Shown here: one piece after another, positions 11,501 through 23,770 of the stretch
Position numbering within the stretch: position 1 is the first letter of the stretch
Layout: each line of letters opens with the position of its first letter
Assembly (NCBI RefSeq): GCF_006345805.1
Contig: NC_043000.1
Location: 65,534,001 to 65,598,000 of the forward strand
Length of the DNA stretch: 64,000 nt
Source of the DNA: Octopus sinensis
Taxonomy: Eukaryota
Direction of reading: 5' to 3'
Program-made: the position numbers and the translations under genes
The notes under the pieces: generated by a model
The model's input: only the letters and a program-made list of their open reading frames with translations
Told to the model about the DNA's origin: nothing
Database searches by the model: none

Positions 11501-11588
11501 GTATGTTTATATATATTCGTCTATTCTTTCTTTTATCCTTTTATATATTTCAGCCACACGGCTGCGGTCATGCTGGACACCAGTATAT

Positions 11589-11623
<35 letters not shown>

Positions 11624-11629
11624 CATACA

Positions 11630-11850
11630 TGTTTGTTTTTGTGTCTGTATTTGTCTCTCACTACCGCTTGGCAACCGGTTTTGGTGTGTTTACATCCCTG
11701 TAACTTAGCGCGTTTCGGCAAGAGAGACCGATAGAATAATTATCAAGCTTAACAAAGGCTAAGTACAGGGGTCGAGTCATTCGACTAAAAATTCCAGGCG
11801 ATGATACAGCATGACCGCAGTCTAATGACTGAAACAAGTAAAGGATGGAA
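11630..11850 (+). mobile_element. SINE family A body
   Basis: accgcttggcaaccggttttggtgtgtttacatccctgtaacttagcg...catgaccgcagtctaatgactgaaacaagtaaa. Confidence 0.75.
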
Positions 11851-12252
11851 GATAAAATATAAGAAATGTAAAAAATCTTTGAGTATCGGAATTCCCTAAG
11901 CCGCAGCCAACCGGCCAAGCAGAGCAGTAACTTTGAATAAGAGCAGATACAGGGTACTCTATTTCTGTCACAGGAACGTTTAAATACATATTGTCCATGT
12001 CGGTAAGTTGTCGTTAATTTGAAGGTATGCAACCATAAATCACGACATAAGATCAGTCAGTTTTCTGTTCATGTGTGTGATAGACGACGACCAAAATTGG
12101 CTGTAAAATAAAATATATAGTGTCATTACCATTCGTCTGTATTACTATGCTTTGTGCATATAACGACTTTGTTATTATGTATGCTCTTAGAATGTAGAGT
12201 AGATTTTCTGTTTTTTTACCGCGCTACTGACAGTAGAGAGAGGTTGCCTAAT

Positions 12253-12689
12253 CAGTGGTTCTTAATCACTTGTACCTATCGGCCCCTTTGATTCCTATTT
12301 TACTTGGGGTGAGCCCTCATAATCAATCGCTGTTTTAAAACACCTATTATATCTTTATAACTGAATATTATTAGAAATTGTTTTAAAATATTTTGTTTAT
12401 TGCAGAAGCATAACCAATTTTACTGCACATAAATTTTTAGTAACAAAAGCTTGTATTTTACAGGGACTACGTTAGCAGTAAATTTGGGTCTGTACGGGAG
12501 CTCTCAATGTCGGGATAAGGTTGTCGCTGCTATGTAGATTGGGACATAGGTGTTAGTGTAACTTCTGTGTCGGTTGGGTTTGATGCCTTCTACATGGAGT
12601 GTATTTAGAGGGTGGAGCAATAGTTAACAGGACAACATATTGCCTTTGACAAACATGATGGTCATATGGACACCAGTTGAGAACCAATG
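12253..12689. mobile_element. hAT (Charlie-like) MITE carrying an internal insertion
   Basis: TIRs cagtggttctt... and ...gttgagaaccaatg. Interior homologous to the MITEs at 52908 and 58568. Right flank gtctaaat fits the hAT NTCTARAN target preference. Confidence 0.7.
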
Positions 12690-13387
12690 GTCTAAATAAC
12701 CCTTTACACCCTTTATCAGTTTTTATTTTCTAGACAGGTAACTTGCGATGTAACGTGTAATGAAGTTCAAATCTCACTCGCACATTCAATTTTGGCTCGT
12801 TTTCTACGGTCTGATGCTCTTCGTTTCATACATAACTTTGAATAGCACACTGGGTACATTTTATCTTGCCATCAACATTAGAGATGTTGATTCGTTGAAG
12901 AAAGACCAAAAGAGTTCTCACTATCGAGTATTAATTCTTATTTGCGAAATCCACATCTCGTTTTAGTGTTCCATCGATGTAGGACCTCTAAAAGGTTACC
13001 GCTATCATATATTCAAAGATAGTAATCTGAAGGGTAGGTACTTTACGATGTATAGGTCTGTCCCTTTCGAACGTAACAGTGTTACAGAGGTTAATTGTGA
13101 CAGCTTTCGCAAACTTATTAGCTTTTGTTGCAGCATACAGAGTCAAAATCTTGTAACTGGAGGTCATTATCTGGAGCTACAGCCATTTTACAGGGACTAC
13201 GTTAGCAGTAAATTTGGGTCTGTACGGGAGCTCTCAATGTCGGGATAAGGTTGTCGCTGCTATGTAGATTGGGACATAGGTGTTAGTGTAACTTCTGTGT
13301 CGGTTGGGTTTGATGCCTTCTACATGGAGTGTATTTAGAGGGTGGAGCAATAGTTAACAGGACAACATATTGCCTTTGACAAACATG
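12455..13387 (+). repeat. Exact 203-bp direct repeat: 12455-12657 and 13185-13387
   Basis: Both copies run attttacagggactac...gacaaacatg with a 730-bp offset. No mismatch seen on line-by-line reading. Confidence 0.92.
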
Positions 13388-13400
13388 CGTCGTTAGATAC
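12760..13400 (-). mobile_element. Possible highly degenerate PLE-type RT remnant
   Basis: Only scattered motif echoes on the minus strand (DFDSVCCN for DF.SLYTN, LCNTVTFE, RSYIDG for RYIDD), across frames with many stops. Confidence 0.25.
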
Positions 13401-14089
13401 TAAAGTAATTTATCGGCCCAGACTGGTGGCTGTTAGGCGAATAAACCAGCTACCAAATTTTATAGGTTAAAATAGTACTTTGTCCTCAAGAATTGAATTA
13501 AGAGGGGATAGGTATTGAGGCCAACATTAGTAACCACACGACGTGTTAAATATAGATAAGCATATAGAGGAAGGGTGTTTGCTGTGATAGTCTCAGAAGA
13601 ACTTCACGATACGGTGAGCTTAGTCTGGACTGAGCGTCGAATATCTTAGGGAGTGCCAGCAAACCAAGTGTCTTAGACACAGGGAAAGATTCAACTTGTG
13701 ATGTAAGTAGGCAGGGAGGATCTCATACACCTTCGTATATAAATTTTATTTTACATTAATTTTTCAGTGTTTGCACTTAATTTGTTGTATCAGTTATATT
13801 TTCAATTTTTCTTTCCTGCAACCAACCAGCAGTGAAATGGGAAAGGCGCCCGGTTCTCTTTTGTTTCCGCAATATGGAAATGTTGAAATACATGGTTTTT
13901 CTCGAGCTCTTGACAATATCGAGTAGTGAGATCTAAGTGTGGAATAGCAATCGCTCCATGGTGCAATCGGTACGGATCATCTGTCAGCCAAGAAATATTT
14001 GGTTAGTGTCACGTCATACAATTGGTTCTTTATTTTCTGTCCCAAATTAATATCATCTGTATTAAAACACTAATCAGTGGGTTCAGTCC

Positions 14090-16410
<2,321 letters not shown>

Positions 16411-17759
16411 AAAAAAGAAAGATAAAAGAGTAAACATAAAGAAAATGGATTCTCTCTTAGTTTTGATAATGAGTATTCCATTTTCTTTTATGAACTCTAA
16501 GTAATGGTTGAATTATAGTATAAGTGGCTGGGACTTCCACAAATATTTATATTCTTAGCAATAGACAGACCCTTTGTTACAGGTATCGACTATTTGATGG
16601 ACAACATAGTTTGTCTACCTGAATGTACAAAGTAAAACGAAGCTAAGGTAGAAAAAACTTATCTTAAGACGTTACATGAGTGATTATGTACCATGATTGT
16701 AAAATGGTGATTATGAGGGACGCTTAACTATTTGGAGTTGTGAGGAGCGTAGTTACTCCTTAATTACCATTATTGCCAGGTCCATTCTGACTCAGAATAA
16801 TGGTACACGTCAGGGTCCAATCTTTGGATTAAATAGATTTCCCAAGATTTGAGGAGGTTCACGTTATTCTTGACAAAAACGTGGGGTGAGGCAACTTTTC
16901 TACCCTGGTATGAAACTCGCAGCCAAAATAGTACCAGTCATCTTGCTATGCTTGTCACTGGAACCTACTATGGCAACCGAGAGACGCAAAAGAGCGCACA
17001 AGCTTTTTTTCACTTAAATCCATTGGCGTACAGGTGCCACTAGCATTTCATTCTTGATCCGTTTTGAATTTTATAGTCCCATGGCGATGGATGCGCTGCC
17101 ATATTTAAACGCATATCCGCACACATGCAAAGATAAAAGTAAAACAGAACAATCAAGCTAAATGAGAGACGTCTGTCACCTGGCAAGATGAGACAATCAT
17201 CATCACTATCATAGATAGATACACACATTATTTACAATATATATATATATATATGTGTGTGTGTGCGTTATTTCCATATGTATATTATACACACACACAC
17301 CATCAACATCAATTTCAGTCCCCATTTCTATGCTTGCATGAAGGAGTTTATTGAAGCTAATTTTCTACAGTCGGATTCCCTTCCTGTCACCAATCCTCAC
17401 CTCTTTCCAAGCAAAGTAATATTTCCCCACGGTCGGCAGGAATGCTTTTCCAGAATATTACAAATTTATGACACTACCAGTATGACAGCGACTCTACGGG
17501 TTTCTTTCAGTTTCCATCAACCGAATTGGCTCACAAGGCTTTGGTCAGCCCGGGGCTATAGCAGAAGACAGGCAGTGGGAAAGAACAGGAAATCATGTAA
17601 CCACAAAGTCACTCCAGAGAGAGAGAGAGATTGTGACTGTCAAGTAGAATCGGCACAACAGGGCTGGACGTAATACAATCCATCCAATGAACTTTTACGG
17701 TTGCCATCTCCCCAATTTCACTCACAACGCTTGGACTGACCTATGGATGCAACTCATTT

Positions 17760-18100
17760 AAAATACAGCAGCTACAATAATAGAGAGAAGAAAGAAATTT
17801 GATCGTATCTCCGAACTTGTAATGGTCTCCACACTGACCTCCTGTAAAAGTCTGAATAACATTTAATATCCTAATGCTGACGTTGAAAGTTGTACATGGC
17901 CTTACTTCTCAATACCATAGAGAACTGCATCGTGAAAAGGAGATAACTGTATTTGAAAGCTATGGTAACTAGGCTTTTTGCAAGTCAGCTCCAGTTCTCT
18001 AGAATGAGCTAGCTACCTGTCTGTATGACCTGCACCATTTAACGTCAGCTGTCACATAAAATTTGAGGACTTTCTTTTCAGGAAATAGCAATGAACAGTC
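17760..18100 (-). mobile_element. Degenerate RTE LINE fragment (post-RT region)
   Basis: Minus translation AVLYGIEK*...MLFRLLQEVSVETITSSEIR echoes AMLYGSETW...MLRW..GVS..DRI.SEEIR. Confidence 0.4.
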
Positions 18101-20784
18101 TTTCACATTGTTGTTTATATGAACGGACGACTAGGGTGCCTATGAACATTTTTTTTTTTTGATGGATCTATAAGTACTTTATTATTATTGACAAAGCAGT
18201 GCATGCCATCAAAGTGACACTGGGGTACAAATATACAAAGCCCAATATATACCCATCATGACTACCTGTCATACACTAGGCATATGCATCACAACTATAT
18301 GTGCAAAACATGGTGATCTCATATCAAGATAAGCAGCGCATTACCTTGCAGGTGGGGCCCAGTTAGAATTTTCTTCAGGTCAAGCAGCCCATCCTGCTCA
18401 AAAGGTCCTTAAATAAGGGTTGTTTTAAGGATGATGAACAAAATACCCATGTTTCCAGAGGTGAATTATTCAAACCCCAAGGAATTCCTCTCAACATATG
18501 GCTATGATGATCCCCCACTACTTCTCGTGGATCAGAGATGCAAGTATCATCAGCTGGTTAAGGTAAAACAACTGACAAACAAATCTGTGGTATTGAGCAG
18601 AATATTTGCTGTAGCTCATCTTTTATAACAAGACAAAACAATGTACATGATAACACTTCCAATCAGTTAATATCAAAAGCCATGGGAGCAACTGCTTGGT
18701 ACTGCATTATTGTTATATTAGACATTTGCCTAAATGCCATGCAGTGGAGCCAAACTGGTGCTCATGGTTGAGAAGCAAACATCTTAGCTACATCCACTTT
18801 CTCACATAGGTCCTTATAATAATGATTTCCAGCTCCAAGAGGTTTCAAAACATCAGCATTTAATTGTAATTACTGTAATCTATGCATAAGGGATGTTACC
18901 CACTTCCTGTAAGATACTAATTGCTTACTTGTAAAACTAAATGTTGCTGTCCACATTCAGATAAAGAAAAAAGACGTGTAAATTTATAAGTGTCATACTC
19001 AGAGATTTGATGAAACACCTGCATTTGATCTGAACTTGTAAAACATAGTGCTGGCAATTGCTTCATAGCAACAGCTATTTTTGTACAGACACACATGTGC
19101 ATTAATAACAAATACATGCATAAAGGTGGCACTCCAGTATGGCTTTAACTATTATTGCTAAAACAAAGTAATTCTGAGCTTAGGTATGTAACCTTAGTAC
19201 CAAAATGTTCTTATCTTTACTAATTATATTCTTGAAGAGAGAAGCTGATTCCAGCCATAAAAATCCCAGCTTTTGTTATTAGACAGTGTATATTCTGGAT
19301 TATGCATTCCTTTTTAAAGTGGTAATTATTTCTAGTAGGTTGAGAGACCACATAGAAGCATTTCAAGGGGTTGTATTATTAAAGGAAATAAGCACATAAT
19401 TTAACAGTTACCATGCTGAAACTGTTTCAATGAAACCACCTTAGATACTAAAATAAAAGCTTGTTTTTCTTTATTACTTTGCCAGTCTTCACACTGTGTC
19501 AACTTTAGCACAAATGATTTTGAAATACATGTTAGCTACATCTGTCACTATTTATTCCAGTCCAGTCAAAAACTTCTTGAACTTGCAGATGGTGATTGAA
19601 TGTCAGGTCATGTCATTTAGTCACTAAATAATATAATAGCTTCTCTAATCACAGAGCTTCATTTCAATAAACTATTATACAAATCTGCCTGGAGATCAAT
19701 GAGAAAAGCAGCAATTGAAGCTATTGTGAATAGGTAGTTTGGCCATTTGAGGGAAACAAATTCGACAACTAAATAATAAAAATATTAATGAACAATGAAC
19801 ATTATAAAACATCTTGTCTGCGATGTCAATGTTAATAATAAAAACAATAACATTGATTTCAGATGTTTTTACTCACTACCAATAGTGGATGAGCTCTACA
19901 AACTTGAACTAAAAATCAAGTTTTAGGAGTATAGCTTCTATAAACGCGCAAAATAAAAACTTGCAAATTTTAATAGATTTATAAAAAATTTAAAACCATT
20001 CCAATTCATAATGGATAAAATCTGAATTGAAGAGTCAATTCCGGACACAAAGTTTAGACTGGGCAGTGAAAAATCTAAAGATGTCACAGAGTTTTCTCAA
20101 ACATTGTTAAATATTACAATATAATTTTAATAAATAAGTTGATATTTTCATAATGTTAGTAACTGTAAATAATGAACCAACTTAATTTACTTTCATTTCA
20201 TTGTCTCAAAAGTTCAAATTGTTCAATTCAGTAGCAAATAAGGAGAAAAAATAATAAATTCACCATTTTGAGCTACTGGATTACTTGAAACACTAACAAT
20301 GCCTGTGAGCTTTGTTTTACTTGTTTCTGTGTTTGTATGATAATTTATATATATATACAAAGGAAATATAAAATTTTTAAATAGAGGCCACAATTCAATA
20401 AAGGGAAAATCTAGATTTAATGAACAAGTCAAACATCTTCATTAGCAAACTGGACTGTATGACTAGGAAGTAGAACGGTGCTAGCAGAGTACCAACCGAT
20501 CCTAATTTAAATTAGGCACTTGAAATTGTTTTAATAGTCAAACACATGCACTACACATTGTATGTCTATGAGTGCATGAATGTATGCATGCATGCATGTA
20601 AGAATGCAAGCATGAATCTAAATATGAGAAAGTATTATGATATCAAATCACTTATGTATACATATGCATGACTGTAGTATGTGTGTATTTGTATAAAACT
20701 GTGCTTGAATGTAAAGGGTTACAGTGCTAAAACTATAAAATCTATCTTTAAAATACTGAATCTTTACAACTGTTATATGTTGTT

Positions 20785-23583
20785 TTAATTTGTAATACTC
20801 TGAAAATTTTCTGTTTGTCTTTCATTAGACTTGAGATACTGCCGTGCAATTTCTAAATCTCTTTGCTGTTCTTTTAAGATTTCTTTCAGTCGTTTAATAC
20901 GATCAGAAGAGTCACAAGAGGAACCTATTAATGGTAAGTTATTTTTTGGGGGAATATCAAGTTCAGTTAGTGGTTTTGGAGTGTCTGAAAATGTTAATCT
21001 TGGTGTTGTTTCTACTGCCTGGTGATAGTGAGGTTTGTCATGATACAACAATGTATTTATTTTTCCTTTACTTTCTTGTTGTTCATTACAAACTTTTATA
21101 TCAGGTTTTCCAATAAATGTTTCGCTTTTTAATTTCTTCTTTTTATCTATTGGATACATTATTTTATCAGTTCTAAAACCATTGTTGAATTGCTTTGAAT
21201 CTTCTGACTTAAGGTTTTTGTTTAATTCACTAGAAGCAAATTCTTTCTTTTTTGAGTATTTTGTGGTAATTTTTTCTCGTATTCCTTTCAGAACAGTCAT
21301 CCTTGGAGATGATATGTCTGTCTTCACTTTTTTCTTCAAATAATTTATCTTTCCATGATTTACAGGTTTCTTTGAAGGGCAGCTAACACATCCTACACAT
21401 TTGCATTCAGAACCAACACCATTAGCAATAGCTTTCATCTTAGACTTTCGGCAGTATTTTTTCCTTGTATGAGAACATTTAGCAATTTCAGGAATAATTT
21501 TCCAATAGAAATCTATTTCACCACTTCTTGGAACAATTCCAGTTGTAGACCCTAACTCACTGAGAAAATTATGACGACATTCTTTTGAACATTTTTCTGA
21601 AGTTTTGACTGTAGCTAAGCTATCATTGGTATTCATTAAGGAGAAGTCACTAGGAAGATTTAATTTGGGAACAACAAGATAACAACTAAAGCAGCGTGCT
21701 AATTCCCTAGAGACATAGCAGTGGCTGCTGATTTTACCCCCAACCCCACCTGACAAGTCGCAACACTTTTTGGATTTATCTGTATTGACTGTTGAACTGC
21801 GACAAAGTCCAAGATATTTAAAAAAGCTGTTAAGTTTCCGCTCCTCATCAGTAATAGGCTTTAAACTTTCAAAGTCATTTGCATGGCAACTTACAGTGAT
21901 ATCTTCCCTACTGATAGGTAAATTATTATTTAACACTGACTTGGATTCCCTAAGTGGTTTACTTGCTTTGATTTTTTTAGGTTTGTTGTCCCGCTGCTTT
22001 TTATTTACAAATTTGGGAGTCTTTTGAGGAGGTCGTCCTCGTGGTCTTTGCAAACTTGGTTTCCGTTTTGTTTTCACATTTTCCTTGGATTCTATTGAAA
22101 TTTTACCTGAAATATTAAGACCTAGCTTTGACGGTTTAAAACCTAATGTTGAAGGAACTAAATTGAGATCACATTTGTTTTCTGAATTGTCAGCAAGAGA
22201 ATATATTGAGTCTATCTTCAGGGCAAGTGGAGGGTCCGAACAATTGCCTGTAGTGTTTAGTAAAACTGGGTTTGTCAAAACAGAAGTGTTACCAAACGCT
22301 CCCTGAGTAAAATGAGATGAATTATGAGTGATGGGGTGGTTATGAGGGACAGGATTTATTTGGTGTGCTTGAGAAACTGGATTACTGTTGTGCTCTCGAG
22401 TACCTGGATTTATGTATTGCCCATAAGGAGAACCGAGAGCAAAATTCGAGTCAACTGGTTGAGATCTTTGTAATGGTAGAGTTTGGTTTTGAAATTGGCT
22501 ATAATCTATAGAGGGAGAAGTAAAACAGTTATGGGAAAGAGGACTATAAAACATTTGGAGTTGATTTGTTTGATTAAGAGTAGGATGAGGATTTGGCAGT
22601 GAATGAAGAGCCATGTTAGGATGATAAAACTGTTGAACAGGAACATATTTAGACTTTCTCACTTGATTAGAGCATGTGTTTTTTGATTCAATGTTTGTAA
22701 AAGGTTGTGGAACAACTTGAAGTGTCAGGTTTAATGGTTGTGACATTGTAGCTGTGTGATCAGAGAGTTCCGGTTTTGAATTGTATGAAGAAAAGATCAA
22801 TGGAGATGGCATTGAGGGAGAAGTGGTCAAGATATTATTGGAATTAGAATGAAACATAGAAGAATGTGGTAAAGACATTTTTATATTTGATGAAATTTTA
22901 TCACCTTTGAACTGTTTGAAGTTTTGACTTGCAAGAGCTGGTTCCCGATGGAGATCAGAATTGACATTCTTTTTTGAATTTGTTATAAGGGAAGCATTGT
23001 TTGGAACAATAGTTGCCACCGGTATCAGTTTTGTACAGTCATTTCCAAAGAATGTTTGTGATGCTGGTTTCATAAAGCTATTTGATTTTTCCCCAGCAGT
23101 AATCACATAAGTGTCTGATTTTGGTTGTGAGACAGAAGATTTAACAAAAATTAATTGTTGAGCAGATTGTTGATGTAAGTTGTTTTTTCCAGCAACCTGG
23201 CTACTTGAGCACAGAGGAGAAGAATTAGAAGTTGATGAAACAGGTTTCAAGGTTTGAGACATTAATGAAGTAGCTGTTGGATTAACAAATGCTACAAGTG
23301 GAGTAGTAACACAAGGAAGATGCCCAGTGGTAGACTGCAAAGAAGACCCAGCTAATGGTACACACTCAACATCTGATGTCTTTTTCATGCTTGGAAATGA
23401 AGACTCACGAGGAAATAGTTCTGTAAAGTTTTTTGTCTCAGAACTGAGTATCATGTCCCCTTTGTTTTGAACAGAAGGATTCATCCTGATAGTATCTCCA
23501 TTGTAACAGACTGTGTTCAGTTGACTGAAAGATTTTAGTTTCATCACATCAATAGGTCTTGAAATCAAAGTTAGAGAATCCAT
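20785..23583 (-). CDS. Large single-coding-exon nuclear protein (about 932 aa from ATG 23583): S/N/P/Q-rich N-half, AT-hook, Cys-rich block, Lys-rich NLS-like regions, LRIF1-like C-terminal coiled coil
   Basis: 2.85-kb uninterrupted frame in AT-rich DNA. First in-frame ATG (MDSLTL) is at 23583, with in-frame stops upstream at 23683-85 and 23722-24. AT-hook QRPRGRPPQK. C-terminus DRIKRLKEILKEQQRDLEIARQYL. No transposase or RT motifs. Confidence 0.85.
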   Translation of the reverse strand: MDSLTLISRPIDVMKLKSFSQLNTVCYNGDTIRMNPSVQNKGDMILSSETKNFTELFPRESSFPSMKKTSDVECVPLAGSSLQSTTGHLPCVTTPLVAFVNPTATSLMSQTLKPVSSTSNSSPLCSSSQVAGKNNLHQQSAQQLIFVKSSVSQPKSDTYVITAGEKSNSFMKPASQTFFGNDCTKLIPVATIVPNNASLITNSKKNVNSDLHREPALASQNFKQFKGDKISSNIKMSLPHSSMFHSNSNNILTTSPSMPSPLIFSSYNSKPELSDHTATMSQPLNLTLQVVPQPFTNIESKNTCSNQVRKSKYVPVQQFYHPNMALHSLPNPHPTLNQTNQLQMFYSPLSHNCFTSPSIDYSQFQNQTLPLQRSQPVDSNFALGSPYGQYINPGTREHNSNPVSQAHQINPVPHNHPITHNSSHFTQGAFGNTSVLTNPVLLNTTGNCSDPPLALKIDSIYSLADNSENKCDLNLVPSTLGFKPSKLGLNISGKISIESKENVKTKRKPSLQRPRGRPPQKTPKFVNKKQRDNKPKKIKASKPLRESKSVLNNNLPISREDITVSCHANDFESLKPITDEERKLNSFFKYLGLCRSSTVNTDKSKKCCDLSGGVGGKISSHCYVSRELARCFSCYLVVPKLNLPSDFSLMNTNDSLATVKTSEKCSKECRHNFLSELGSTTGIVPRSGEIDFYWKIIPEIAKCSHTRKKYCRKSKMKAIANGVGSECKCVGCVSCPSKKPVNHGKINYLKKKVKTDISSPRMTVLKGIREKITTKYSKKKEFASSELNKNLKSEDSKQFNNGFRTDKIMYPIDKKKKLKSETFIGKPDIKVCNEQQESKGKINTLLYHDKPHYHQAVETTPRLTFSDTPKPLTELDIPPKNNLPLIGSSCDSSDRIKRLKEILKEQQRDLEIARQYLKSNERQTENFQSITN

Positions 23584-23721
23584 TATAGTAGATTGAGTTT
23601 TTAATTTTTCTTCAGGTATTGATAATAAGTGCACAGAGCTGTTGATTTCTTTATTGTAAAGCTGCTGGTTTAAGCTGTTAAATCATTTTTGTGATTTGGA
23701 GATGGGTAGAAGTTTCCAAGG

Positions 23722-23770
23722 CTAGTTGCGTTTGGCATGCTTAATAACTAGATGGCTCATGGTAAAATCT
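23722..23770 (-). other. Splice acceptor of the large exon (AG 23770-23769, exon starts 23768) and 12-codon uORF (23760-23722)
   Basis: Minus strand ttatattttttttcttttgtag|attttaccATGagccatc... encodes MSHLVIKHAKRN*. Confidence 0.65.

Noticed and set aside
23584-23634. GTG start of the 949-aa ORF-track entry
   Set aside because: In a eukaryote the first ATG (23583) is the more plausible start. GTG is a track convention.
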